Part shown: positions 15,449-25,185 of the stretch, piece by piece | Numbering within the stretch: position 1 is the first letter of the stretch | Layout: the number at the start of each line of letters is the position of its first letter | From: a virus | Length of the DNA: 56,236 bases | IMG/VR virus record: IMGVR_UViG_3300035497_000528 | Reading direction: 5' to 3' (one strand) | Notes under the pieces: model-generated | Databases searched by the model: none | Seen by the model: only the letters and a program-made list of their open reading frames with translations | Told to the model about the DNA's origin: nothing | Program-made: the position numbers and the translations under genes

Positions 15449-16531
15449 ATGAAATCCTTAATGGATCTTTTCCAGAGGGAGGTAGAACGAAAAAATTATA
15501 AACGAATACCTTATAAAGAATGGCGTTATTTTTCTAAAATAGATTCTTTTGGATCTATGTATTTTAGTTATAATGAATCTGAAGGTATGCTTCATTTTTA
15601 TATCCCCGGATCAGAAAAGGATATGCATATTTACACTATTGACGATGAATCTTTTGGACAGTTTTTCTACGATGTTGAACTTAAAGAAAGGTTAAATAAA
15701 GAAAAAATGTTTTCTAATAATATAGCTACTACAACAGCAATTTCTTCTGATATGATTAATCATGGTTATGCTACTACTACAGGACCTATTAATCAGTATC
15801 CATATTCAAATTATAGTCTTAGTCTTCAAGGACAGATTTATACTGATGAAAATAATATAAATAAAATTTCTGTTGAAAATGTAAAAAACAAAGAAGAAGA
15901 AAAGGAGAATAAAATGAAAAACTTTGATTTTGGTCCGTTCGTAAATAATACTATTAGAGTAAGTATGTATGGCTTAGCTATTAAAAATGATGATAATACA
16001 TGGGTTTCTTATGATAAAAATTCTGGAGATATTATTGATGTTGATATTCTCAATTTTGATGGGGCTAATTATCTGTATAAGATTCCAGTAGCAATTAAAG
16101 AGGTTACGGCTGGCGATGTAATTATTCATCGTAAGCAGCCTGTTATCGTAACTGAAGTGAAGGATGGAAATATTACTGCGGTTGATATTAAGGCCGGTGA
16201 AAAGAAAGTTATTCTTCCTACAAAGAATGTTTTTGGATTTGATTTTGTAACTAAGGTTGTATCTCTGTTTGATAACATTCAGAAAAGCGGTAATGCCCCG
16301 GATGCTGATCATCCATTTGGCAATATGCTTCCGCTTCTTATGCTGAGTGATGAGAATAAAGATATTGATCCTATGATGCTTATGATGCTTATGAATGGTG
16401 GTAATACTGGAGATATTAATCCACAGATGATGATGATGATGGCAATGTCTGGAAAATCTAAGTCTGATATGTTGCCAATGCTTATGATGATGAATTCGGG
16501 CTTTATGAATACGACTAAAAAGAAAGACTAA
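15449..16531 (+). CDS. hypothetical protein with a methionine-rich C-terminal tail (track 15422..16531)
   Basis: C-terminus MLPLLML..PMMLMMLMNGG..PQMMMMMAMSGKSKSDMLPMLMMMNSGFM; RBS gggggaaagATG. Confidence 0.5.
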   Translation: MKSLMDLFQREVERKNYKRIPYKEWRYFSKIDSFGSMYFSYNESEGMLHFYIPGSEKDMHIYTIDDESFGQFFYDVELKERLNKEKMFSNNIATTTAISSDMINHGYATTTGPINQYPYSNYSLSLQGQIYTDENNINKISVENVKNKEEEKENKMKNFDFGPFVNNTIRVSMYGLAIKNDDNTWVSYDKNSGDIIDVDILNFDGANYLYKIPVAIKEVTAGDVIIHRKQPVIVTEVKDGNITAVDIKAGEKKVILPTKNVFGFDFVTKVVSLFDNIQKSGNAPDADHPFGNMLPLLMLSDENKDIDPMMLMMLMNGGNTGDINPQMMMMMAMSGKSKSDMLPMLMMMNSGFMNTTKKKD

Positions 16532-16535
16532 CTGA

Positions 16536-16575
16536 ATTACAAAAGCCTCTTGTTTAGATAACAAGAGGCTTTTTG
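16536..16575 (+). terminator. terminator ttacaaaagcctcttgtttagataacaagaggcttttt
   Basis: stem aagcctcttgtt/aacaagaggctt then T-run. Confidence 0.65.
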
Positions 16576-16601
16576 ATTTTTTATTATAAAAATGTTATAA
16601 T
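16573..16601 (+). promoter_or_regulatory. conserved module-2 promoter
   Basis: ttgatt 16573-16578, tataat 16596-16601. Confidence 0.5.
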
Positions 16602-16632
16602 ATTTTTATAAAGTAAAGAAAAGGAGAATTAT

Positions 16633-16851
16633 ATGAAGGTGATAGAATATGGTAGAAAACGAGTTAGATGTCAGAGTTGTTTATCTCTTTTAGAATATGA
16701 AAGATCTGATGTAAATTGCCGAGAAGGTAATACAAATTCAAAAAAATGTTATTTTATTGTTTGTCCAGTTTGCGGTAAACAGATTCCTGTTATAACTCCT
16801 ATTCGGATGACTGATACAGCAAAACTTAATGAGGATGAAGGTCGGAATTGA
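16633..16851 (+). CDS. zinc-ribbon protein (72 aa)
   Basis: CQSC..(40)..CPVCG. Confidence 0.5.
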   Translation: MKVIEYGRKRVRCQSCLSLLEYERSDVNCREGNTNSKKCYFIVCPVCGKQIPVITPIRMTDTAKLNEDEGRN

Positions 16852-16876
16852 TTTTTTTATAAAAATTTGATATAAT
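16848..16876 (+). promoter_or_regulatory. conserved module-2 promoter
   Basis: ttgatt 16848-16853, tataat 16871-16876. Confidence 0.5.
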
Positions 16877-16946
16877 ATTTATAGAAAGTTAAAGAAGAGA
16901 AGAAATAAAAATCATACCAGAAGTGAAATGAAAAGGAGAATATATT

Positions 16947-18584
16947 ATGGAATTATTTGATATGCTTTCCGCAACTGAGAAAAGAACAATGGAGTGCTAT
17001 ATTGATGAATATGCTATGGATGAAGATGTTGATCTGCATGAATCAAGAAAGGCTCCGCTTGATTATATTATGAGAGTTTGGAATGAGCAGAAGGCAGTTT
17101 ATCTTAGCAAGCTGATGAAAGGTCAGTTGATTCTGAAGAAAGAAGTTCAGTTTGAGAAGAGTCGTTATGAACTTTTTAATGAGATTAGAGATAAGCTGCT
17201 GAATAATTCTTTTGCGCCGCTTCCCGCAGAAGATAGCGAGTTTATTGCTACTTATCGTTCTAAGTTCCTTAATAACAAGGGCGATTATTATAATAACGCT
17301 CGTGAATTTGATATGTATATGCTGATTGATCCATCAACTTTGATTGACAATGTTTGGGAGCGTGAGAGTTTTATTCTTGACCTTCCAAATGGAAAGGTTA
17401 TGAAAATCAATCATGGCGAAAAGGTCACCAGAGCCCTTGGTAAAATCGCCAAAGCTTTTGATATTCCGGGATTTGAGAGATTTCGTATCTTACATTCTCA
17501 GATTTTGAACCAGAAGAAACTCAAAGGCAATCTTTGTCTTTCTATTCATCCGCTTGATTTTATGACAATGAGTGATAATGCTTCTGGCTGGTCTTCTTGC
17601 ATGAGTTGGGAAGATGGTGGTTGCTATAGAATGGGCACTGTAGAGATGATGAACTCTCCAATGGTTCTTTGTGCTTATTTAACTGGCTCCGCTCAGATGA
17701 CTATGCCGGATGGAACAAACTGGAATAATAAGAAATGGCGTGAACTTTATATTGTTACTCCGGAGATTATCACAAATGTAAAAAGCTATCCATACTTCAA
17801 TGAGAATCTTTCCAGAGAAGTTCTTGCCTGGGTAAAAGAGCTTGCAGTTGAAGCTGGTATTGGAGATTATACTGAGAAAGCTCAGGGTTACAAAGCTTTT
17901 TCATGGGATTTTAATGAAGAACTGAATACGCATTTCTATGTTGATCCATATACTTATCAGATGTATAATGATTTTGATCATAATCATTTTTGTTATTTAA
18001 GCAAAACACTTGGAAAAGATAAGGATTTAAGATTCTGTTATTCCGGTCCAACAGAATGTATGTTTTGTGGCGGAATAAATCAGTATTTTGAAAGTGAAGG
18101 TTACTTAGTGTGCAGTGAATGTGAAGATTTTTATTATTGCGCTGAATGCGGTGACCGCATTAATCCAGATGAAAGTATTGAAATTGATAATGAATTACTT
18201 TGCAATTATTGTTATAGTCATAGAGTCGTTGAAGATGCTATTACTGGAGATGAGCATTTAAAAGATAATTGTGAAAAAATTTATTTAGCAACTCTTAAAG
18301 ATAATCGCTATTATTATAATAGATTGATTTATATTTATGTGGATGATGAACTTTCATATAAAGAAAGATTAAAAGAATTTTTTATTAATCCAGATGAATT
18401 AAAGTTATCATTAGATAATACTGCTTATATGGCAGATGTAAATAATCTTACTGACGAAGGGTTTAAGTTGTTTGGTTATGAATCTAAGAAAGACTTTTTA
18501 TTCAACGTTGCGACTTGTCATGAATATAGCACTGAAATTATTAGGTCATCTTTTAGCAGTGCAGACTTTAGTTGGGTCTTTTAA
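16947..18584 (+). CDS. large hypothetical protein, paralog of 21232..22617, with C-terminal array of CxxC zinc ribbons
   Basis: shared core GNLCLSIHPLDFM..W.SC... and NWNNKKWRELYIV with the 21232 ORF (GRLCVSVHPLDFI..W.SC.. KWNSKKWRVLMFM); C-terminal CxxC pairs. Confidence 0.55.
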   Translation: MELFDMLSATEKRTMECYIDEYAMDEDVDLHESRKAPLDYIMRVWNEQKAVYLSKLMKGQLILKKEVQFEKSRYELFNEIRDKLLNNSFAPLPAEDSEFIATYRSKFLNNKGDYYNNAREFDMYMLIDPSTLIDNVWERESFILDLPNGKVMKINHGEKVTRALGKIAKAFDIPGFERFRILHSQILNQKKLKGNLCLSIHPLDFMTMSDNASGWSSCMSWEDGGCYRMGTVEMMNSPMVLCAYLTGSAQMTMPDGTNWNNKKWRELYIVTPEIITNVKSYPYFNENLSREVLAWVKELAVEAGIGDYTEKAQGYKAFSWDFNEELNTHFYVDPYTYQMYNDFDHNHFCYLSKTLGKDKDLRFCYSGPTECMFCGGINQYFESEGYLVCSECEDFYYCAECGDRINPDESIEIDNELLCNYCYSHRVVEDAITGDEHLKDNCEKIYLATLKDNRYYYNRLIYIYVDDELSYKERLKEFFINPDELKLSLDNTAYMADVNNLTDEGFKLFGYESKKDFLFNVATCHEYSTEIIRSSFSSADFSWVF

Positions 18585-18644
18585 AAATATTGAGGAATCT
18601 TTTAAGATTCCTCAACGAAAATAAAAAATCTATATTGATTTTTA

Positions 18645-18673
18645 TAAAAAAATATAATATAATATATACATAA
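18645..18673 (+). promoter_or_regulatory. conserved module-2 promoter
   Basis: ttgatt 18645-18650, tataat 18668-18673, conserved leader. Confidence 0.5.
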
Positions 18674-18724
18674 GATAAAGAAAAGAAAACAAACAAATAA
18701 AAAATGAAAGGTTAGGTAGAGATT

Positions 18725-19186
18725 ATGGAAAAACTTACTAAGAAAGCTGTTTATGAAGCACTTGTAAAATTTGCAGAGACTGGCGATCTGACGATTAATG
18801 CTATGGAATTGAAGAAATTCGCAGAGAATGAGATCAATCTTCTGGATAAGAAACATGAGAAAGCAAAAGAAACTGCGGCTAAGAAGAAAGCGGCTGATGA
18901 GCTGATGAAGGTTGTATGCGAGGCTCTTTCTCAGGAGACTTTCGAGCCGATTGCTACGATTACTGAGAGAATTGGCAATCCGGATATCACTGTTTCTAAG
19001 GTAACTTATCGTTTAACTCAGCTTGTTAAAAGCGGACTGGCTGAGAAAGCAGAGATTTCTGTTGAGGACTCTGAGGGTAAGAAACGTCGGATTATGGGCT
19101 ACAAGGCTGTAGTCACTGAGGACGGTGAGGCTGAGTCGGAGTCTGAGGAAGTAGAAATCTTTGAGGATCCTGTAATCGAAGAGTAG
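18725..19186 (+). CDS. acidic protein, distant relative of the MTNKMTNK family
   Basis: N-terminus KKAVYEALVKF vs KKALEIAIEVM; C-terminal core SKVTYRLTQLVKSGL...GKKRRIMGY vs QKVTALVR.LKDDG..RIEEKRKAYF; acidic tail. Confidence 0.5.
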   Translation: MEKLTKKAVYEALVKFAETGDLTINAMELKKFAENEINLLDKKHEKAKETAAKKKAADELMKVVCEALSQETFEPIATITERIGNPDITVSKVTYRLTQLVKSGLAEKAEISVEDSEGKKRRIMGYKAVVTEDGEAESESEEVEIFEDPVIEE

Positions 19187-19195
19187 AAGTAAGTA

Positions 19196-19226
19196 AAGCC
19201 CCTTCACATGAAGGGGCTTTTTTATA
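19196..19226 (+). terminator. terminator aagccccttcacatgaaggggctttttt
   Basis: 9-bp GC stem then T-run. Confidence 0.7.
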
Positions 19227-19351
19227 CGGAAAAACTGAGCCGGGCGGCGCTGGGCGCCTAAATCGTAAACCCAAAACAAAAATTGGTTTTAGAATTTTTA
19301 ATTGACTTTTATCCAAAAAAATGGTATTATATAAATAAAAGGAGTGATTTA

Positions 19352-20122
19352 ATGAAATTTTGTTTAAATTCAAGGCAATCTAATGAGTATTTAAAAAAAG
19401 CGGATGAAATTCGTTTTGAATTTGGGGATAGAGAAGTAATTCCTGATTATGCGGAAAAATATCCAAAAGCTACATTAATCCTAAATTTAGATTTATATGA
19501 AGAAGCTGATTGGAAAGAACTCTCTAATTATAATATTTTAGCTAAAAATAAATTAATATTATGTATTCAAGATATAATGGATGCTGAATTAGCAAAAAAT
19601 AATGAGATTAAATTTTATTTTGATTATCCAGTTACCACATTTTATGAATTAAATTCAATGAAAAATTTAGGTGTATCTTATGTTAAAATTGGAATACCTT
19701 TATTCTTTCAAATGGATAAAGTTAAAAATATTGGGGTTCCTATTAGAGTTACGCCAAATGTCGCATATTCAGATGGATTTCCAAGAGAAGATGGTGTATG
19801 CGGTCAGTGGATTCGTCCGGAAAATATGGATGATTATGATGAATATATAGATGTAATTGATTTTGAACAATGTAATCTTCGTCAAGAGCAAGCTATGTTT
19901 CGTATTTATGCAGAACAGAAAGAGTGGCCAGGTGAACTTGGAACTATTATTACTAATTTGAATTATCCGGGAGTAAATAGATTAATTCCACCAGATGCGA
20001 CAAAGAGAAGATTAAATTGCGGTCAACGTTGTCAATATGGTCCTTGTAAACTTTGTTACCACTTATTAGATTTGGCAGATCCAGAAAAATTGAAGGCATA
20101 TCTTAAAGAATCCGAGAAGTAA
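19352..20122 (+). CDS. hypothetical protein with C-terminal Cys cluster (track 19283..20122, likely start 19352)
   Basis: RBS ataaaaggagtgatttaATG; C-terminal CGQRCQYGPCKLC. Confidence 0.5.
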   Translation: MKFCLNSRQSNEYLKKADEIRFEFGDREVIPDYAEKYPKATLILNLDLYEEADWKELSNYNILAKNKLILCIQDIMDAELAKNNEIKFYFDYPVTTFYELNSMKNLGVSYVKIGIPLFFQMDKVKNIGVPIRVTPNVAYSDGFPREDGVCGQWIRPENMDDYDEYIDVIDFEQCNLRQEQAMFRIYAEQKEWPGELGTIITNLNYPGVNRLIPPDATKRRLNCGQRCQYGPCKLCYHLLDLADPEKLKAYLKESEK

Positions 20123-20186
20123 TTGATTTTTTATTAAATTTATTATATAATATAAGTAATAAATAATAAGAAAGGAAATAATATAT

Positions 20187-21242
20187 ATGCAGATTCTTCT
20201 TGGTTCTGATTATAATTTATTTAAGAATATAGTTAGCATTAATCAGGATTCTTTAAAGAAAACTTTGAGAGCTTATATTGAAAAACATTATAAAAATTTC
20301 TATTTTACAGAAAATTATCTTATTGGTTATGGTGATATTCAAGTCGCACTTGTAGCCCATATGGATACAGTATTTACAAAATTACCTCAATCTATTTATT
20401 ATGATAGAGAGCAAGGGGTTATTTGGAGTCCAGAAGGATTAGGTGCAGATGATCGTGCAGGCGTTTTTGCAATTTTAAAAATCCTTGAAAGTGGTCTTAG
20501 ACCTACAGTGATTTTTACAACAGATGAAGAAAATGGATGTATTGGAGCGGAATTTTTAGTAAATGATTTTCCAGAAGATCCAATAGGATTAAAATATATC
20601 ATTGAACTAGATAGACGCGGAACAAATGATTGCGTATTTTATGAATGTGATAATAAAGATTTTGTAAAATATGTAGAACAGTTTGGTTTTATTGTAAATT
20701 TTGGAACATTATCTGATATTAGCGTAATTTGTCCAGCTTGGAAAGTGGCTGGAGTAAACTTATCAGTCGGATATGAAGATGAACACAGTAAAACAGAAAC
20801 TCTTCATACCGCTCCATTATTGCGAACTATTTCTAATGTAAAAAATATGCTTCAGCAGGAAAATATTCCATTTTTTAAATATGTTCCATGCGATAATACC
20901 TTTTTTAATTGGAGCGCTTGGCGCAGTTTTCAAAGAGGTTGTACATCAAAATCATATGATGATTATAATTATTGGTTTGATGATGAAGATACAATCGTAA
21001 AATGTGAAAAATGTAAAAAGTTATTTGCTGATTATGAAACTATTCCAGTAAAAAGAGCAGATGGAAAAATTGTTCATTATTGCACAGATCATTGTTCAGA
21101 CTTGGAATGGTGTTCAATTTGCGGGGAAGCTTTTGAACTTGCAACTGCAACAAATAAACAGAAAAAGAAAATTTTATGTCCGTCTTGTGCTTATGGGAAT
21201 AAAAATAATGAAAAAGGTAAGGTAAGAAAGAATGCAATTTGA
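20187..21242 (+). CDS. M28/M42-like zinc metallopeptidase domain fused to a C-terminal zinc-ribbon region
   Basis: ALVAHMDTVF, GADDRAGV, TTDEENGCIGAEF resemble the metal-ligand motifs of M28/M20/M42 aminopeptidases; C-terminal CEKCKK..C..HC..CSICG..CPSC. Confidence 0.45.
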   Translation: MQILLGSDYNLFKNIVSINQDSLKKTLRAYIEKHYKNFYFTENYLIGYGDIQVALVAHMDTVFTKLPQSIYYDREQGVIWSPEGLGADDRAGVFAILKILESGLRPTVIFTTDEENGCIGAEFLVNDFPEDPIGLKYIIELDRRGTNDCVFYECDNKDFVKYVEQFGFIVNFGTLSDISVICPAWKVAGVNLSVGYEDEHSKTETLHTAPLLRTISNVKNMLQQENIPFFKYVPCDNTFFNWSAWRSFQRGCTSKSYDDYNYWFDDEDTIVKCEKCKKLFADYETIPVKRADGKIVHYCTDHCSDLEWCSICGEAFELATATNKQKKKILCPSCAYGNKNNEKGKVRKNAI

Positions 21243-22617
21243 CGATATTAAAGAACAGTTTAAGCATGTAATTCAATATTCTCAAGGAGGATTGGATGTA
21301 AATGTAGATGATCTCTTTAGTCAGTGGGTAGAAGCTAAAAGAGATTTTATTGAAATCTTTGGCGGAAAGCTTATTTATGAATATCCAGAAAAAGTTTCTT
21401 TTGAATTAGGTGATAAAGAAAAAAATATTCGGATAGATAATTTTATAGACGATCTTTGTAATAAATGGGGAAATGAAGATCTTGCAGATTTTGTAGCAGA
21501 GCATAGGGGCGGTTTTTATTCAAATCAGCTTGAAAAAACTGTTAAATTAGACGATGGAACAGAACTTTTAAAAGGAAGAAAACTTCTTAAATGTTTTAAA
21601 TATTTTATTCATAATGATCAAATATTAAATGATGTTCAGTCTGAGGCAAGTAGAATTATTCAAGAAAATAAAATTGAGGGACGTCTTTGTGTTTCTGTGC
21701 ACCCGCTTGATTTTATTTCATCTAGTGAAAATACTCATAAATGGAGATCTTGCCATGCTCTTGATGGAGAGTACCGCGCAGGTAATTTATCTTATATGGT
21801 TGATAGAAGTACATTTATGTGTTATTTGCGGTCAGACCAGGAGGACGTTTTACCGAATTTTCCAAAAGATGTAAAATGGAACTCAAAAAAATGGAGAGTT
21901 CTTATGTTTATGTCTGATGATTGGGAAATGCTTTTTGCGGGACGTCAATATCCTTTTAGCACACCTACTGGATTGGATTTTTTAAGAGAAAAGATTTTTC
22001 CTTTACTTCACATGGGGGAGTGGACAAAGTGGACAGATAGAAAAATTAGAGACTTTAGAACTGAAGACTATTGTACTGGTTTAAGTGATAGTTATATTGG
22101 AGTTGGAAGAGAACTTTATAAAATGAAAGAACTTGTTATTAATCAGCCAGGTTCTTTAATGTTTAATGATTTGTTATCTTCAAGTTGTTATGATCCACTT
22201 TATTGCTTTAAGAAAACGAAATTAATACAATTCTGGACCGATGATGATACAAGTGTTTATACATATAAGGCAGATTGTAGAACTAAATTTCATATTGGTG
22301 GAGCTATAAAATGTTTACATTGTGGAAAAAATCCTATTGAATTAACTGAACGAATGTTTTGTAATGATTGTGAAATTGAATTTGATGATACAGATATAGA
22401 TGTTTTTGGAACATGTGATTGTTGTGGAAGGCGTTTTGTTTATGATGAAGGATATGGAGTTGAAGACGAGGTAATTTGTCCAAATTGTGAAGCAACAGAG
22501 ACTTTTATATGTCCGATTTGTTCTGAAAGACATTATAATTCAGATCAAGTTTATGATGAAAAAGCTGAAGAATATATTTGTAAAAATTGTTATGAAGAAA
22601 GAAAAGGAGAATTTTAA
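21232..22617 (+). CDS. large hypothetical protein, paralog of 16947..18584, with C-terminal CxxC array
   Basis: see 16947; C-terminal run of 8 CxxC pairs. Confidence 0.55.
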   Translation: MQFDDIKEQFKHVIQYSQGGLDVNVDDLFSQWVEAKRDFIEIFGGKLIYEYPEKVSFELGDKEKNIRIDNFIDDLCNKWGNEDLADFVAEHRGGFYSNQLEKTVKLDDGTELLKGRKLLKCFKYFIHNDQILNDVQSEASRIIQENKIEGRLCVSVHPLDFISSSENTHKWRSCHALDGEYRAGNLSYMVDRSTFMCYLRSDQEDVLPNFPKDVKWNSKKWRVLMFMSDDWEMLFAGRQYPFSTPTGLDFLREKIFPLLHMGEWTKWTDRKIRDFRTEDYCTGLSDSYIGVGRELYKMKELVINQPGSLMFNDLLSSSCYDPLYCFKKTKLIQFWTDDDTSVYTYKADCRTKFHIGGAIKCLHCGKNPIELTERMFCNDCEIEFDDTDIDVFGTCDCCGRRFVYDEGYGVEDEVICPNCEATETFICPICSERHYNSDQVYDEKAEEYICKNCYEERKGEF

Positions 22618-22931
22618 TGGCTAAGGGAGCAAATGCAAAAGTACAGGTAATTAATAAAATTGCGCAAGCTTTTGGAAATGATTATATTGGAGAGTTTGAT
22701 AAAAAGGTATATGTATGGGCAGACGATGGAGGCGAACGTGTACAGATTGCCATTGCTTTAACATGTCCTAAAAATCAAATTGATACTGGAGATGCAACTG
22801 GAGCAAGTGCGCCAGTGGGTGGAGCATTAAATTTCGAGGATATGCCGATTGCGCAACCGGTAAGTAGAACAGAAATTACTCAGGAAGAAATGGACCGAGT
22901 AGACGAACTTATGAAAAAATTAGGGCTGTAA
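22617..22931 (+). CDS. hypothetical protein (104 aa)
   Basis: ORF coupled to the upstream gene (TAATG overlap). Confidence 0.5.
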   Translation: MAKGANAKVQVINKIAQAFGNDYIGEFDKKVYVWADDGGERVQIAIALTCPKNQIDTGDATGASAPVGGALNFEDMPIAQPVSRTEITQEEMDRVDELMKKLGL

Positions 22932-23231
22932 TGGTCAAAGAAGATTAAGTATTCTTTTTGATTTTATAAAACTAATACCAAAGAAAAAAATTGATTTTTT
23001 AAAAAAATTTTGATATAATAAATATACAAAAAAAATAAAGGCTTTATAAAAATAAAGCCTTATACCTCATCAGCCTTAAACCGGTTGGGATTCTGGGTTG
23101 GCCTCCAAAACCAATGGCAATGCGTTCGATACGTAGGTGGGGTGTTAAAAATCTTAATTGATTTTTTATAAAAAAAATGTTATAATTATTAAGTAAATAA
23201 GAAAAGAATAGTTTTTGGAGGTCGGTAATTA

Positions 23232-24125
23232 ATGGAAAATCTTATGTTCGATTTTGAGAATGAAGAGGAAGAAAAAGTAATTGAAACTCCAGATGTAATG
23301 TGCGAAAGTGCTTTAAAAATGTATTTGCGTGAAATGGGATCTTTTAATTTATTAAGTGCAGAAGAGGAACATGATCTTGCAGTTCGTGCGGCAGAGGGAG
23401 ATTTAGAAGCAAAGAAACGACTTGTAGAAGCTAATCTTAGATTGGTGATTTCGGTTGCCAAAAGATATAATGGATGTGGTATGACAATGCTGGATTTGAT
23501 TCAGGAAGGTAACATTGGATTAATGAAAGCCGCAGATAAATTTGATTATGAAAAAGGATTCCGTTTTTCTACTTATGCGACATGGTGGATTAAACAGTCT
23601 ATTTCTCGTGCGGTTGCAGACCAGTCAAGAACAATTCGTGTTCCAGTCCATATCGCAGAAATGATTAATCGAATTAGAAAAACTGAGAGAGAATTAACTT
23701 CTCAGCTTGGGCATGAACCAACAGTCGAAGATCTCGCAAAAGCATTAAATTTAAAAGAGGAAGAAGTTAAAGAAATGCAGTCTTATATGAGTGATACTTC
23801 TAGCCTTGATGTGCAAGTTGGAGATGAAGAAGATACTACTATTGGATCTTTGATTGCAGATAATCATGCTATGAATCCAGAAGATTCTTATATCAACAAT
23901 TCTTTACATGATATGATTATTGAAATTGTTGATACTTTATCTGAAAGAGAAGCTGAAATTATTAAGTTACGTTTTGGACTTAATAATGGTAAACCAATGA
24001 CTCTTGAAGAAGTTGGTCAGGCTTATGGATTAACTAGAGAGAGAATTCGTCAGATTGAAGCTAAAGCACTCAGAAAACTGCGTCATCCGGCACGCTCAAA
24101 TATGTTGAAAGAGTGTATGGCATAA
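23232..24125 (+). CDS. RNA polymerase sigma factor, primary (sigmaA/RpoD)-like, regions 1.2-4.2
   Basis: YATWWIKQSISRAV (r2.3), RTIRVPVHIAEMINR (r2.4), TLEEVGQAYGLTRERIRQIEAKALRKLRHPARS (r4.2), very close to housekeeping sigmaA; lacks region 1.1. Confidence 0.8.
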   Translation: MENLMFDFENEEEEKVIETPDVMCESALKMYLREMGSFNLLSAEEEHDLAVRAAEGDLEAKKRLVEANLRLVISVAKRYNGCGMTMLDLIQEGNIGLMKAADKFDYEKGFRFSTYATWWIKQSISRAVADQSRTIRVPVHIAEMINRIRKTERELTSQLGHEPTVEDLAKALNLKEEEVKEMQSYMSDTSSLDVQVGDEEDTTIGSLIADNHAMNPEDSYINNSLHDMIIEIVDTLSEREAEIIKLRFGLNNGKPMTLEEVGQAYGLTRERIRQIEAKALRKLRHPARSNMLKECMA

Positions 24126-24243
24126 ATTTCTTGTGGTAGGCTGAGCTATTGCGCCGGCTTGCCAGAAGAAAAAGACCTTAATTGATTTTTTATAAAAATT
24201 TTGGTATAATATTTATAGAAAGTTAAGAAAGGAAAAAATAAAA

Positions 24244-24456
24244 ATGGCAAAAGATGAAGAAATGATTGAATTAAGCGAACTTCTTTATTCTGCTTTGAAA
24301 ATTGCAGGTAAATACGCGAGAGAATATCTTCCTGCTGAAATGCCAAATGATGTAGAATATATAAGAGCTATGATTGATGGTTCTAAAGATCCAGAAGGAG
24401 ATAATTTTGTATCAGTTTGGATTATGAAAGCTATGAGAGAGAAAGAAAAATCTTAA
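24244..24456 (+). CDS. hypothetical protein (70 aa)
   Basis: ORF with RBS after a conserved promoter-leader copy. Confidence 0.5.
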   Translation: MAKDEEMIELSELLYSALKIAGKYAREYLPAEMPNDVEYIRAMIDGSKDPEGDNFVSVWIMKAMREKEKS

Positions 24457-24514
24457 TTGATTTTAAATAAAAAATATGATATAATATTTATGTAAGGTAA
24501 AGAAAGAAAAAGAG

Positions 24515-24639
24515 AGACGCTGTCCAGCAAATATACAATTATAATGGATGAAAAATTTTAGTGGAAAATTTTCAGAATGGTAGATTTGATTGAGGCAGAT
24601 TTGGTATCCATCTTCGTCACCAAAAGCGCCTTAGCGTCT
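24515..24639 (+). ncRNA. ACAGCAAA-box stem-closed leader RNA element (copy 0) at the head of the tRNA array
   Basis: 5' agacgct-gtCCAGCAAA .. 3' agcgtct closing stem; sits directly after a conserved promoter. Confidence 0.4.
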
Positions 24640-24784
24640 AGGAAAAGGTTATTGCTTCAAGCTATGATTTCAACGGTGTCCTTAACAACGTAGAATATAT
24701 AGCATAATGAGAAGTCTTTGTTAGTATGGTAACTCTTTAAAACACCAACTAAACCTATGAATGAGTAATCATCATGGGTATTAA

Positions 24785-24856
24785 TGGCGTGTAGCTCAAT
24801 GGTAGAGCATTCGGCTGTTAACCGAGGGGTTGTGGGTTCGAGCCCCACCATGCCAG
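24785..24856 (+). tRNA. tRNA-Asn (GTT)
   Basis: cloverleaf resolved: acceptor tggcgtg/catgcca, D gctc..gagc, anticodon stem ttcgg/ccgag with loop ctGTTaa, T gtggg-ttcgagc-cccac. Confidence 0.7.
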
Positions 24857-25185
24857 TTTTGTAGCATAATATAAGGTGATGTAACTTACCATCTGAGGTT
24901 CGTGTACCGAGAAACAGAAAAAACGAGGTTGGCAACTTACCTGCACAGACATGCTGAAAAGTTGCAAAAAAGACATAAATCACTAAGTCTATAAAATTAC
25001 GTGTGCGGTTGACGTCAATGGGGGTCACAAAGTTGCGGGTTGCGCTCGTCGCTTAGCCAAAAGGAAAAACCACTACCGCAGAAATGCGGAATATAAATAT
25101 GGATTTGCTTAGTTGGTGACTTTTAAAATGAGGAAAGCGATCCAAATTGATTTTAAATAAAAAATATGATATAATATTTATATAA

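Noticed and set aside
15974-16564. 196-aa minus-strand ORF antisense to the Met-rich protein gene
   Set aside because: It is the antisense of ATG/ATC-rich coding sequence (hence His/Ile/Lys-rich), has no RBS or promoter, and the sense gene has proper signals.
24657-25028. 123-aa minus-strand ORF (and similar track ORFs 25394..25603-, 25691..25987+, 25720..25905-, 26245..26532-, 27205..27489-, 28683..28910-, 28720..28932+, 31171..31380-, 31205..31393+, 34249..34558)
   Set aside because: They overlap tRNA genes or structured spacer RNA, lack an RBS, and contain T-loop/acceptor sequence translated out of context. They are artefacts of the tRNA array.
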